A stretch of 64,000 nucleotides of DNA, taken from positions 732,084 to 796,083 of the forward strand of contig JAEURJ010000023.1 in assembly GCA_016789305.1 (NCBI GenBank), read 5' to 3'. The position numbers and the translations under genes were made by a program. This DNA is from Anaerolineales bacterium (GTDB lineage Bacteria > Chloroflexota > Anaerolineae > Anaerolineales > Villigracilaceae). How positions within the stretch are numbered: the first letter of the stretch is position 1; every line of letters starts with the position of its first letter. Positions 27,536 to 37,554 of this stretch are shown piece after piece. Below the pieces are notes generated by a model. The model did no database searches. It worked only from the letters and a program-made list of their open reading frames with translations, and was not told where the DNA came from.

Positions 27536-28180
27536 ATGACTGCATCCCCTTTATTTGAATTTGCCCTGCTTAGTTTTATTTCCATGTTCACCATGGTGAA
27601 CCCGATCGGCGTGATCCCAGTATACACGGCGATGACTGCCAAGCTGTCACCTCAGGAATCCCGCCGGGTGGCGCGCAAGGCCGCATTGACTGCATTGCTG
27701 ATTTTGCTGGCCTTTGCCTTGACTGGCCAGTGGATCTTTCGATTCTTTTCCATCTCGGTTAACAGTTTGCGGGTGGTTGGAGGTGTGATCTTCTTTTTTA
27801 TGGGTTATGAAATGCTGCAAGCGCGCCTGACACGAACCCAATTTGATGATGAAACCAACCATGAATATATCAACGATATTTCGATCACACCACTGGGGAT
27901 ACCCATCATCTGTGGACCGGGTGCAATCACCACAGCCATTTTGCTAATGAACGAGTCGCAGTCACCGCTTCAATCAGGGATTGTGCTGGGGATAATAGTT
28001 GCGTTGATCGCGTTGACCTACGTTTTGCTGATCGGGTCACACCAGGTAACCCGTCTGATCGGGGAAAACGGCAACAAGGTGATGCTGCGGCTGATGGGGT
28101 TGATCGTGATGGTCATTGCAGTGGAGTTTTTCTTCAGCGGTCTTACACCGATCATTCGTGGGATGTTAAAAATCAATTGA
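27536..28180 (+). CDS. MarC family membrane protein
   Basis: NPIGVIP, TPLGIPIICGPGAI, RLMGLI. Start placed at MTASP after GGAG. Confidence 0.92.
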   Translation: MTASPLFEFALLSFISMFTMVNPIGVIPVYTAMTAKLSPQESRRVARKAALTALLILLAFALTGQWIFRFFSISVNSLRVVGGVIFFFMGYEMLQARLTRTQFDDETNHEYINDISITPLGIPIICGPGAITTAILLMNESQSPLQSGIVLGIIVALIALTYVLLIGSHQVTRLIGENGNKVMLRLMGLIVMVIAVEFFFSGLTPIIRGMLKIN

Positions 28181-28829
28181 TATCCCTGCCTTCCCATTCA
28201 TTCATGAATTGATCCAGAAAGGCCACCATGACTTCATGTCTTTGCTCTGCAATTCGTTTGGCGGTTTCGGTGTTCATCATATCTTTGAGTAAAAGAAGTT
28301 TTTCGTAAAAGTGATTGATGGTCGCGCTTTTGCTGTTTTTGTATTGTTCGAAGGTGACGTGCTTTTGCGGTGTAGACCCCGGGTCATACATTGGCCTGTT
28401 TTTGTACCCGCCGTAGGCAAAGGCACGGCCAATGCCGATGGCGCCGATGGCATCCAAACGGTCTGCATCCTGCACGATAAATCCTTCGAGTGATTTCATT
28501 TTATTTTCCACATTCGCGCCTTTGTATGAAATGTGGGTGATGATCTCGCAGATTCTATCGGCGATGGGAATCTCCACGTTGCAAGAGTCAAGCCAGGCAC
28601 GGGCGCGAAGCGGGGTTTCATCCCCGGTTTCGTTGAACTTCCAATCATCCAGATCATGAAGCAGAGCGGCAAGCTGCACGATAAACCTATCCGCTTTTTC
28701 ATGTTCGCAGATGGTAATGGAATTTTTCCACACGCGGTAGATATGCCACCAGTCATGGCCGGAGGAATCGCCGCTGAATTCCTTTTCGATGTATGCGGCT
28801 GTTTTTTGGACGATCTCTTGTTGATTCAT
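28173..28829 (-). CDS. HD-domain protein
   Basis: GHDWWH, ALLHD, QDADRLDAIGAIG, HFYEKLL. Confidence 0.9.
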   Translation of the reverse strand: MNQQEIVQKTAAYIEKEFSGDSSGHDWWHIYRVWKNSITICEHEKADRFIVQLAALLHDLDDWKFNETGDETPLRARAWLDSCNVEIPIADRICEIITHISYKGANVENKMKSLEGFIVQDADRLDAIGAIGIGRAFAYGGYKNRPMYDPGSTPQKHVTFEQYKNSKSATINHFYEKLLLLKDMMNTETAKRIAEQRHEVMVAFLDQFMNEWEGRDIN

Positions 28830-28881
28830 TTCCCTATTTTGCCATATAAAAGAAAAAGTCGGGCATTTCGCCCGACAGTGT

Positions 28882-29106
28882 TTATCCGCTCCATTTCATC
28901 TTCATGTACACACCCCCGTGTTTCAATTCATCGAGCATTTGGTCGAGCCTCTTTTGCCTTGTGGTTTCCAGTTTGGCTCGTGTGATCCAGCCGATGTAAT
29001 CGTTTTGTTGATATGGCGGGCGGGATAGATAAGCATCCATCAATTCACGGGACTCGAGTGCGTCGCGGAAAAATTCAGGCATTTCATAACGTGGACGTGC
29101 TGGCAT
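28882..29106 (-). CDS. YdeI/OmpD-associated (bacteriocin-protection-like) small protein
   Basis: PPYQQNDYIGWITRAKLETTRQKRL..ML.EL pattern. Confidence 0.8.
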   Translation of the reverse strand: MPARPRYEMPEFFRDALESRELMDAYLSRPPYQQNDYIGWITRAKLETTRQKRLDQMLDELKHGGVYMKMKWSG

Positions 29107-29109
29107 GGG

Positions 29110-29469
29110 TTACCTCCGAAATAAAAATAATAGAATGAGAGCAATCATGTTGGTGCCGGTGCCGATGGGCAGATACCATAATCCAAGTACGGCTGCGACG
29201 ATCAAGGCATTTCTGCCCCAGGGTTGATCGAGGGCGAAACCTGTTACCGCGATCAGGGAGGCCGCGCCATATAAAACGAAGACTGCCTTTACGATGGTGG
29301 AGCGGGGTTCGATGCCTATCGTTTGCAGAACATTGGCCCAGGGCCCAAGTTGACCGGCGTATTCACCGCTTTTCGGCGTGAGGTAATCGCCGACCACAAA
29401 CGCGCGCAAGCCATCGGCGAACATCCAGCCTGCGCTGAAAAGAATGAGAACGACAATAGCCCACTTCAT
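29110..29469 (-). CDS. hypothetical membrane protein
   Basis: 119 aa hydrophobic ORF with GAGG RBS, within a co-directional gene run. Confidence 0.65.
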   Translation of the reverse strand: MKWAIVVLILFSAGWMFADGLRAFVVGDYLTPKSGEYAGQLGPWANVLQTIGIEPRSTIVKAVFVLYGAASLIAVTGFALDQPWGRNALIVAAVLGLWYLPIGTGTNMIALILLFLFRR

Positions 29470-29471
29470 GG

Positions 29472-29939
29472 TTATTTTTTCAAAACGCAGAGAGCCTGGC
29501 GAATCTCGCCGAGATGATATGCCGTGTGAACAACGATTGCCATGGATCCGCCGATCGTGTCTTCATTCCACATTTTGTTTTCGTGAAATAATTTGTCCAG
29601 GCGTTGATACGCCTGCTTTAACTTTTCCTTCGAATCATTCCATTCCTGAGGCGTGACCTTTTCCACCGTTCGCCAGATCAGACCCCAATCGCGCGGACTG
29701 GTATCTCCCTGCAGAGCGAATCTTTCAAACGATTCAATGTAAAAGATGACATGTGCAACCTGGGCGGCGAGAGAGGCGCATTTTCCTCCCACAGGGATGG
29801 ATGCTTCATCCGATGTAACTGTTTCGAGTGTTTCGAAAAGCGATGTGCCTTTATCCAGGAAAATCCCATGATGTTTGGCCTCGAAGGTTTCTTCCATGAA
29901 TTGGAATAAGTTGTTTGTAAAATCCTGCTCGATGCTCAC
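29472..29939 (-). CDS. DinB-like protein
   Basis: SLAAQVAH and HTAYHLGEIRQ. GTG start placed at 29939 after AAGGAG. Confidence 0.75.
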   Translation of the reverse strand: MSIEQDFTNNLFQFMEETFEAKHHGIFLDKGTSLFETLETVTSDEASIPVGGKCASLAAQVAHVIFYIESFERFALQGDTSPRDWGLIWRTVEKVTPQEWNDSKEKLKQAYQRLDKLFHENKMWNEDTIGGSMAIVVHTAYHLGEIRQALCVLKK

Positions 29940-29943
29940 TTGA

Positions 29944-30513
29944 TTACGCGGCTCCTTCGTAAGCGAATTTGATCCACGAAACGAGTTCGGAATCAACCTC
30001 GCTCGCTTCGTTGACATTAACGACGTAGTTGCACATGCTTCCTGACGGCTGCTCCAGCAGCCGTGCGCTTTTCTTCAGCCCTTTTGCGTTGATGCCAACT
30101 TCGAAACGGGTGTTGGTTTTGGGGCCGATCATGGCGAATTGTTTTTTGCGCCGCAGGCTGACATAGCCCTTCTTGGGTACGATCTCAAATTCACCGAACT
30201 TGTTGATTTCCTTCATCAACTTATCATGAATGGGACGGAAACCGGCTTTTGCCCCGGAATAAATTTCATCCAACACGGCATCTTCGCTTTTTCCTTCCGC
30301 CGCGCGTTGTCCATCCGATTGCAGAACGGCATGCACCAGGGCATTCGCATCACCGTGACCGAGCCCAAGTTTCTCCTTGAACATGTCACGAAGCTCCCCA
30401 TGTTTGATCAATCCGCTTTTCTTTGCGATGGCAGATAGTTCTGCAAGAGATTTGCCCGTCTTTTTCTGAATGTTATTAAGTTGAGTTTGAACTGCCTGAT
30501 CGAGAGTGCTCAT
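29944..30513 (-). CDS. DUF4287-DUF5655 domain protein
   Basis: NIQKKTGKS...LGHGDANALV followed by PKKGYVSLRRKKQFA. Confidence 0.8.
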   Translation of the reverse strand: MSTLDQAVQTQLNNIQKKTGKSLAELSAIAKKSGLIKHGELRDMFKEKLGLGHGDANALVHAVLQSDGQRAAEGKSEDAVLDEIYSGAKAGFRPIHDKLMKEINKFGEFEIVPKKGYVSLRRKKQFAMIGPKTNTRFEVGINAKGLKKSARLLEQPSGSMCNYVVNVNEASEVDSELVSWIKFAYEGAA

Positions 30514-30586
30514 AAAGTTTATCTCCTAGGGTGGGTGAAAACTCCAGCTGATTATAGAACAAAAATTCTATTTAATCAACACGAAT

Positions 30587-30829
30587 TTATCGGCTTTTCT
30601 TCGCGTTATGTTCATTCCCATGCTTAAAGTGACCTGTCACCCGCGCCATGAGCAACTGGGCTTCGTCGGGGTTAATCTTTGAAATATTTTCTGTAAATTT
30701 CCCCGCTATTTTTCCTCTTAAGATCGTGATCTGTTTGCCATGCAAATAAATAAAAACCTTTCCGTCTTTGGTTTCCCGGAACGTGAAAGGTTTTTCCTGA
30801 AGCTTGCCTCGTTTGTCGACCTGGTCCAT
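30587..30829 (-). CDS. conserved hypothetical small protein
   Basis: 80 aa; PFTFRETKDGKVFI...QLLMARVTGHFKHGNE looks like a conserved family (not verified). Confidence 0.65.
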   Translation of the reverse strand: MDQVDKRGKLQEKPFTFRETKDGKVFIYLHGKQITILRGKIAGKFTENISKINPDEAQLLMARVTGHFKHGNEHNAKKSR

Positions 30830-30835
30830 GCTTGT

Positions 30836-31270
30836 TTATTGGAGCATGTCGATCAATTTGAAGACCAGCATGATCACGCCAATACCGCCGAAGACGGCTC
30901 CCAGGCCGCCCAGCAGCAGCGGCACAAAATATAGGTTCATCCATTTCTTAATGCGTGCATTATTTGGGTTTTCAGGATCATACAGCACATCCACAATTTG
31001 CCCTTCTCTAAACATGGGAGGATTGCTTGACAGGTTGTCAGCGACTTCAATGGTTTGGCCTGTCAGAGTCCTGAACTGATATACAGGCGAATATCCTCCG
31101 CCGCCCTCTGAGCTGTGGCTGTATACCATGCGGATCACAGTCCCTTTAACTTCCTGCGCTTTGCTTATAAATACTCTGGTGCGGATCAGGAGGAAACCCC
31201 CGATTGCCACAAGAAGCAAACCGACAAGACCAAACACGATACCGATAATCAATTCAGATGACATGGACAT
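30836..31270 (-). CDS. DUF3592 family membrane protein
   Basis: TM, then GTVI...YSPVYQF...VDVLYDPENP.NARI, then TM. Confidence 0.85.
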   Translation of the reverse strand: MSMSSELIIGIVFGLVGLLLVAIGGFLLIRTRVFISKAQEVKGTVIRMVYSHSSEGGGGYSPVYQFRTLTGQTIEVADNLSSNPPMFREGQIVDVLYDPENPNNARIKKWMNLYFVPLLLGGLGAVFGGIGVIMLVFKLIDMLQ

Positions 31271-31287
31271 TCTCCTTTGTTAAATTA

Positions 31288-31929
31288 TTATTGCAGGACT
31301 TTCTGCAATTCTTTTTCAAGGTCAATGCGCGAGCGGATATCGATGGGCGCATCGAGGTGACGCCGTAAGACTTCCTCGCTTTTGTCTTTCTCGTAATACT
31401 GGCGATACATTTCCAAAATGGATAACGTCTTTTCGTTATATGTTTCGACTGAAACAAAATCGCCTGTGATGACGGACCCTTCCCGCATCACCCTGCAATA
31501 CAGGCCTGGTCTTTCGGCCTGTCGGAATTTCTTCACCCAGGCCGAATCTTCCATGCGTGAAGCAAACGTCCCGCAGGGAATGCGAGGCGCAGTGACTTGC
31601 AGGGTTACCTCTTCAATATGGAGAAAGTCGCCGATGTTAAATTCAGCGCTTTCCAGCTCACTGATGGTCAGGTTTTCACCAAAAGTGCCGGGCGGGATTT
31701 CCCATCCCAGCTCCTTTGACCACCATTGATAATCTGCGAGACCATAAATGTAAATAGCCTGATCGGGTCCCCCATGATGTTTTGTGCTGGCAATAAAATC
31801 TGACTTGATCCCCAGTTTCTCGATTTTTACGGGACCTTCCACTGGAAGTTTGAAGATGCCGGTGGTTTCCATCCTGTTCTTTCGTTGCAGTGTACGTTTT
31901 GACCCAATGTTGATACTGATAAGTTTCAT
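31288..31929 (-). CDS. MOSC-domain protein (YiiM-like)
   Basis: HHGGPDQA, FGENL, PRIPC, GLYCRV. Confidence 0.9.
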   Translation of the reverse strand: MKLISINIGSKRTLQRKNRMETTGIFKLPVEGPVKIEKLGIKSDFIASTKHHGGPDQAIYIYGLADYQWWSKELGWEIPPGTFGENLTISELESAEFNIGDFLHIEEVTLQVTAPRIPCGTFASRMEDSAWVKKFRQAERPGLYCRVMREGSVITGDFVSVETYNEKTLSILEMYRQYYEKDKSEEVLRRHLDAPIDIRSRIDLEKELQKVLQ

Positions 31930-32032
31930 GAAAAGCCTTTCGTAATATCCGTTTCATTGTCATATGTAACACTGAAGTTGATAAAACAGTTTGCATTTCC
32001 CCGCTTGATGTTGAATGAATTTTCAGGAAAAC

Positions 32033-34204
32033 CTACAGCGATCTAAGCCTGCCTGTTTGCGCAAATTCCTCGCGCCAGGTGACAACCTTGTTGCGGCCGG
32101 TCTTTTTGGCGTGATACATGGCTTGATCCGCCCTGTTGATGAGCGTATCTCCCCGGTCTCCATGCATTGGGAAGGTGGAGATGCCGCAGGAGATCGTGGT
32201 TGAAACTTCCTCGTTTTCAACAAGTGTTTTTGATTCCGAAAATGCGGTTCTCCAACGTTCGGCGATCTGAAATGCAGTTTCACTTGTCACATTCGGCAGA
32301 ACAGCGAGAAATTCCTCCCCGCCATAACGACAAATAATATCGCCAACGCGGGTCTGACCAAGGATCTGGTTGACCAGGCTTTGCAATATTTTATCGCCGG
32401 GGCCGTGTCCGAAGTTGTCGTTGATATTTTTGAAGTGATCGATATCGATCATCACAAAGCTGATCGGGCTTCCTTCGCGGGATGCGTATGCGAGTTCGCG
32501 CTCAAGCATCTCGTTCAGGTGACGGCGATTGTATAACCCGGTTAATGGATCGCGAATAACCTGTTCGCGCAGGATGGATTCCAACGCCTGGATCTCAAGC
32601 AGCTGCGAATGAAGTTTTTGGTTGGCAAGACGGAGTTCTTCCTCTGTGTTCTTTCTTTCGGTCAGTTCATGCTGTGCTGCGCGATATAGCTGTGCATTGT
32701 TCAATACCAGCGCAGCCAGTGTGGCGAAACGGTTCAGGATCTCAAGCTCATCGTTGTTGAAGATGCGCGTATCGTTTGTATTTGCCACTTCGAGCACGCC
32801 AATGATGTCATCGCCGGCGTTGATCGGCACTCCCGCGACTGCGCGTAAATTCTCGCCTTCATAATTGGGATCGCGAAATTCCCATTGACCGTAATTCTCC
32901 GTGAAAAAAGGAATTTTTTCACGCCATACCTTGCCAAGCACTCCGGATCCGGGTTTGGGTTCGCTTTTCCCGATGTTTTGCGAGAATTCCCCAGTGGCTG
33001 CGCGCAGGGTGATCACATCGCCTTCAGCCAGGAAGATAAACCCATGCTGTGCACTGACCAGGGAAGCGGCGTGTTCCGCAATGTTGTTCAACAAATTTTC
33101 CGGTTCCTGCTGGTTGAGCAGGTCGAGTGTGATCTGATGCAGGATCGAGAAGTATGCGTTTTGCTGCTGCAAGTTTCGTTTGACTTGATTTTTTTCGGTG
33201 GTATCGTGCAGTAAAAACAGACGCCCGAGGATCTGCCCCTGTTTATCCTTGATTGGGGAGATCGAAAGGTCGAAATCCCTTTGTGCTCCCTGAATGTTGA
33301 TCAGCACTTCGCCTTTGTAAAACTCCCGGTTGTAATCTTCGAAGAGAGCGGCCCAGGGTTGAGATAATGTGTTTGGTGCCGTACCAATTGTCGTAGGGGA
33401 AAGACCGAGCATGCTTTGCGCGGCGCGGTTCAGATCCACGATGTATCCGCGCAGGTTTGTCACGATCACCATGTCATCCATATCTTCCATGACAATGGCG
33501 CGTGCGATGGGTATGATGTTGAAGAGATGCCCGCGCAGGATCGCCCAAATATACAAAGCCGTTTGAAAAATGAACGAGGTTGAGGTCCAGTCAAACCCAC
33601 GGACCGGTAAAAAACCAAAGACAAACAAAGTGCCTGTGATCGATGGGATTAACAGGCCGATAATCAACAGGATCGTGTTATGGGGATAAAGGTTTCGGTT
33701 TTGGAATGAAGAGAGTAATACAATGACCGTGGCTGCAACCATGGCGAGCATGTAGGCAAAGTAGATCCAATACACGATGCCTTTGCTTGCGATCTGGGTG
33801 GGGACCGGGCCGGGCCATATCAATTGATAATCGTATCGCCACAGCATATGATGGTGGCTGGTGAACGCTGCGATCACAAACAGAGCCGGCAGGATGAGCA
33901 GCGCGATCAAACGCTGGCGGGTAAGCCAGCCTGCATGACCGGTGTAATCAAGCGCGGTGACGAACCAGGCGATGCTGGTGAGCAACGCCGGGATGTAGGT
34001 GACGTTTACGATGAAGGTCTTGAGGGGGATGGATGAAGTGGATGCATCCAGCGCGTATAAAAATGCCCAGCTCGCCCCGAGCCACATCACACGGATGAAC
34101 GGCTTGACCGATGGGACATCCTGAAATCCGCGCATGTAGTAGGCAACAATGCCACTAATGATCGCAGAGGTCAACGGAAACCAGATGAACGGCGTGTAGA
34201 TCAT
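32033..34204 (-). CDS. diguanylate cyclase (7TM sensor-PAS-GAF-GGDEF)
   Basis: N-terminal HisKA_7TM-like helices, PAS, GAF, DPLTGLYNRR, intact GGEEF with an RxxD I-site. Confidence 0.92.
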   Translation of the reverse strand: MIYTPFIWFPLTSAIISGIVAYYMRGFQDVPSVKPFIRVMWLGASWAFLYALDASTSSIPLKTFIVNVTYIPALLTSIAWFVTALDYTGHAGWLTRQRLIALLILPALFVIAAFTSHHHMLWRYDYQLIWPGPVPTQIASKGIVYWIYFAYMLAMVAATVIVLLSSFQNRNLYPHNTILLIIGLLIPSITGTLFVFGFLPVRGFDWTSTSFIFQTALYIWAILRGHLFNIIPIARAIVMEDMDDMVIVTNLRGYIVDLNRAAQSMLGLSPTTIGTAPNTLSQPWAALFEDYNREFYKGEVLINIQGAQRDFDLSISPIKDKQGQILGRLFLLHDTTEKNQVKRNLQQQNAYFSILHQITLDLLNQQEPENLLNNIAEHAASLVSAQHGFIFLAEGDVITLRAATGEFSQNIGKSEPKPGSGVLGKVWREKIPFFTENYGQWEFRDPNYEGENLRAVAGVPINAGDDIIGVLEVANTNDTRIFNNDELEILNRFATLAALVLNNAQLYRAAQHELTERKNTEEELRLANQKLHSQLLEIQALESILREQVIRDPLTGLYNRRHLNEMLERELAYASREGSPISFVMIDIDHFKNINDNFGHGPGDKILQSLVNQILGQTRVGDIICRYGGEEFLAVLPNVTSETAFQIAERWRTAFSESKTLVENEEVSTTISCGISTFPMHGDRGDTLINRADQAMYHAKKTGRNKVVTWREEFAQTGRLRSL

Positions 34205-34311
34205 TTTTATCTACGGCTGTTTATGCCGCATTATTTCCTGCCATAAGGGCGAATTATACATTTGATTTCCCCTAAATCTCGGGTTTTCCCAAGGGTTTTA
34301 GGGGGGTAAGC

Positions 34312-34647
34312 CTACCTGATCCCTGCCACCGGGATCGAGATGATGAGCGAAAGAAAAGAGATGACGCTTCCCAAGACCACACCGGAGATCACGGCGACAA
34401 TGACCGCCACGACCTTGTTCCAATTGAACCTGGCGATCAGGAGGTTGGTGAGCCAGCGGGTAAATATTGCGATCAGAACCAGACTTACACCCTGGCAGGC
34501 AAGCGAGATCCCCATGGCCAGCGTTCCCTGACGTTCGCTAGCACCGTTCAATGCGAGCATTTCAAGGAGAACAGATGCAATTGCAAGAATAATAAGAAAA
34601 ATGATGGTCAATACGGTGGAAATGATGGCGGGTGCCTTGTTGCTCAT
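34312..34647 (-). CDS. hypothetical membrane protein
   Basis: 111 aa, three hydrophobic helices, GGAG RBS. Confidence 0.7.
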   Translation of the reverse strand: MSNKAPAIISTVLTIIFLIILAIASVLLEMLALNGASERQGTLAMGISLACQGVSLVLIAIFTRWLTNLLIARFNWNKVVAVIVAVISGVVLGSVISFLSLIISIPVAGIR

Positions 34648-34767
34648 GGTTTCTCCGTGTACATTAAGTAGAGTGGTGTTTGTTTGATTATTCGGGTCGT
34701 TTGTGGAAGGCTTGCTTGGCGGAAATTGGGGATTATTTTACTTCTGCTTTTGAAATATTTGTGTGGT

Positions 34768-34813
34768 AAATAAAAAGACAGCCCCATTTATTAAGGCGGC
34801 TGTCTTTTTATTT
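34768..34813. terminator. terminator after carbonic anhydrase
   Basis: AAATAAAAAGACAGCC...GGCTGTCTTTTTATTT. Confidence 0.75.
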
Positions 34814-34828
34814 TTAGACAAGGCGGTG

Positions 34829-35608
34829 TTACGGAGTTGTATCCTCGGTCAGTGGACGGTCGTTCAGCGGCTGGACCGGGCGGTTGTTGCCGCCTTCGAA
34901 CAGACTTGTCAGCGCCTCCAACTGCGCGGACGATAGTTCCACGGGCGACGTCATGAGATTCCAGTGGACGCCTTCCGAGCACGGCGGCGTGGTCAATGAC
35001 CCACTGTAGCGATACGTGGTTTGCACGGCAGGCAGCAAATCTGCGGCATTGATCTTGACGCCAGCATCGCGGACATCGCTCTTCTCTGCCGGAAGATTGT
35101 CAATGAATGGTTGGAGCACGTCGTTCTGTGCGCCTTCATCGAATAGGATGCCCACAACGGCGAGGTTGCCATCCGCATTTTTGTGGACGATGTGAAATTC
35201 GGCGGCAAACAATTTTCCATCCAATGCATGTTCGCTCGGTGAGTGATAGTGAAATTGCACTACATCGTAGTGAATGCCATCCAATTCCATATAGCTCCCC
35301 GCATCGTAATTGACCTGCACGGTGTGACCATTGTTGAGGATGTTTACTTCGCTGGGTTGGTAATGAAAGGCGATGTTGGTCAGGTCCTGCCCTTTTGGAG
35401 TTTCAACATCAATTGGAGATTGATTGGTTCCTGCACTGCATAGTTCATAGGCAGGATCCAATTCACCCCAATGTGCGGGACCTTCCTCGCCTTCGTACGT
35501 CCAGTGCGGGGGTTCCGTCGCCGGGTGTGACTCGCCGGCCTGTGTCGAGCAGGCTCCCAAAAGCAGGGATGCGGTTGCCAATCCACTTAACCAATAAATT
35601 TTTTTCAT
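34829..35608 (-). CDS. alpha-carbonic anhydrase, lipoprotein
   Basis: Lipobox LLGAC; QSPID; QFHYHSPSEH...EFHIVH zinc ligands; GSLTTPPC. Start placed at MKKIY. Confidence 0.95.
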   Translation of the reverse strand: MKKIYWLSGLATASLLLGACSTQAGESHPATEPPHWTYEGEEGPAHWGELDPAYELCSAGTNQSPIDVETPKGQDLTNIAFHYQPSEVNILNNGHTVQVNYDAGSYMELDGIHYDVVQFHYHSPSEHALDGKLFAAEFHIVHKNADGNLAVVGILFDEGAQNDVLQPFIDNLPAEKSDVRDAGVKINAADLLPAVQTTYRYSGSLTTPPCSEGVHWNLMTSPVELSSAQLEALTSLFEGGNNRPVQPLNDRPLTEDTTP

Positions 35609-35713
35609 GTCATATTCTCCTAGGATCAATTTGCAAGTATGCTGGAAATTATAGAAGCCATTTACACATTTATTCTTTGCACATTCCCTACATTTTTGTC
35701 GTTTGCAGACCAA

Positions 35714-35749
35714 AAAAGAGGTTGCCTTTTTGAAAAGGCAACCTCTTTT
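35714..35749. terminator. perfect hairpin, probable terminator of the SRPBCC operon
   Basis: AAAAGAGGTTGCCTTTT-TG-AAAAGGCAACCTCTTTT. Confidence 0.75.
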
Positions 35750-35910
35750 AAGTACATGCTGTTTATGACAAGTAATTGGCAATGCAGTCGAAGAAATTGA
35801 GGATCGATACGGGAATGTTGTGGAAGCTTTGAATGTTTCCCGTTTGGGATCAACAGGTGATGACTATCTTTCAAACGAACATCAGCCTGTTTTGGATTTT
35901 CGCACAGAAG

Positions 35911-36327
35911 CTATTTTTCAGCCTGGTTTTTGAGTGCCGCAACAAATCCTTGGAAATTCTCTGTCAGGTCGGGAATGTTTTTTCCAAATACGGGCAGCAA
36001 CGGTCCGCTGAAAATTTCCTCGGTATGAAATTGTGTCTTGACGTCTTTTATCGGGACCAGCGTGTGCGTTCTTTCGGATTTGAAGAGTCCCAAGGGCATG
36101 CCGCCGGTCAGTATTAATTTCTGATTGGGTTCAAAAGCTGTGACCTTCACCGGAAATGCCTGCGCGCTTAACTTGGTGAAGAATTTTACTGTTTCGCCCA
36201 AAGCGATCTTTCCCTCAATGCGGTTCATTGTTGAGTCCCATGCAGGGTAGCCATTGGCGTCAGTAAGAATTTTCCAGATTTTTTCGGGAGATGCGTTGAT
36301 CGTGATGGATGCGCTGTATTTTTTCAT
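35911..36327 (-). CDS. SRPBCC (START-like) protein
   Basis: SITINASPEKIWKILTD..GYPAW. Start placed at MKKYS. Confidence 0.85.
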   Translation of the reverse strand: MKKYSASITINASPEKIWKILTDANGYPAWDSTMNRIEGKIALGETVKFFTKLSAQAFPVKVTAFEPNQKLILTGGMPLGLFKSERTHTLVPIKDVKTQFHTEEIFSGPLLPVFGKNIPDLTENFQGFVAALKNQAEK

Positions 36328-36337
36328 GATGGCTCCT

Positions 36338-36697
36338 TTATTTGTTTGCTTTGAGTGTTTGTTTGACATAGTCAGCCAGAGCCTTTTTGTTAAAGTCGGC
36401 TGACGTGATCCGCATCGTACGCGCTTTGCTTCCATCACCCTCCAGGAGGTCATATTTATCTTTGAGGGAAGTCCCTTCGAAAAAGATCAACGAGACCTTG
36501 CCTTTGCCCACAACCGTTTGGATGTGATTCTTTGTGGTGCTGTAGACCAGACAGTTCTTCCATTTGATGCTCTCGTTGAAGGAAGGCCCTGCCGCCAAAA
36601 TACACGATCTGATCTCCAAAAAGAGTGGGGCAATATCCTCGTTCAAGGCGTGAATGTATTCATTGACAATATCGTTTTTGGATTTGGCATATTTCAT
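36338..36697 (-). CDS. DUF1801 (YdhG-like) protein
   Basis: VNEYI...ESIKW...LIFFEG...LLEGDGSKARTMRI. Confidence 0.8.
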   Translation of the reverse strand: MKYAKSKNDIVNEYIHALNEDIAPLFLEIRSCILAAGPSFNESIKWKNCLVYSTTKNHIQTVVGKGKVSLIFFEGTSLKDKYDLLEGDGSKARTMRITSADFNKKALADYVKQTLKANK

Positions 36698-36755
36698 GAT
36701 TCAAATTCGATCCTTTCGCTTTGGATTTGAAGTATTTTATGCCTTGAATTTTATG

Positions 36756-37523
36756 TTATCTGACCAAAATCTCATTGTAAGAAGCGGACATAAGATTGTC
36801 CTGCAGAAGGGAGCTCGTTTCAAAGTATTCAACGGGAGAGAACCCTGTAACTTTTTTGAAGGAGTGATTTAAGTGCGGCTGATCGTAAAACACCTCGGGA
36901 TTCACGTGTTGAATAATGCGCGGGTTTTGTGACGCGAAGTCACACGTCTGTTCCAGAAAAGAGTGGACGTTTTTTATGCTCCACATTTCCTTTTTGCTGA
37001 TTCCAAATACGGATTTGTACAGGCGGCTCTTGTGGCGCAGCGAATATCCACCCAGCCATGCTGACTCATCCAGCGCAGGGGAAAGCAGCGGCGCGATGGT
37101 TTTCGATTCACGACGTTTTTGAATGGTTTCCGTGACCTGAAATGCAAAAGTGGCCAGGTCCTTGGGCTCTTTTGTGCTCCAGTTTTGTTCGATGAACGAA
37201 TTTGATTTTATATCTTTCCCCCAAAACGACTCCGCAAATTTAAGCGAGAGACGTGCACCGAAAAGGATCAACGGAGTTGAAAACACAAATTTTATGGGCC
37301 GCGTGTGAAGGGTCTTTAACGTCTGTTGAGGAAAGGTAAATTCATTCCCCCGTGAGTCGACTGCCTTGATTGACCCCTTTTTGATGAGAAAATAATCGTA
37401 AAACAACTCCGGAATAAAGTGGTCCGAAATAAGGGTGGGTGATTTTGTCCCCAGGGTCATGGACCAGAAAAATGCGATGCCCAGCGCCGGATTCCCCTTT
37501 TGTTTTTGGAATAATATCTTCAT
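36756..37523 (-). CDS. AraC-family HTH protein
   Basis: C-terminal FYDQPHLNHSFKKVTGFSPVEY; DUF6597-like N-terminus. Confidence 0.7.
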   Translation of the reverse strand: MKILFQKQKGNPALGIAFFWSMTLGTKSPTLISDHFIPELFYDYFLIKKGSIKAVDSRGNEFTFPQQTLKTLHTRPIKFVFSTPLILFGARLSLKFAESFWGKDIKSNSFIEQNWSTKEPKDLATFAFQVTETIQKRRESKTIAPLLSPALDESAWLGGYSLRHKSRLYKSVFGISKKEMWSIKNVHSFLEQTCDFASQNPRIIQHVNPEVFYDQPHLNHSFKKVTGFSPVEYFETSSLLQDNLMSASYNEILVR

Positions 37524-37554
37524 AGGTTGAGTACGCGGGGATTTTGGCTTGCCT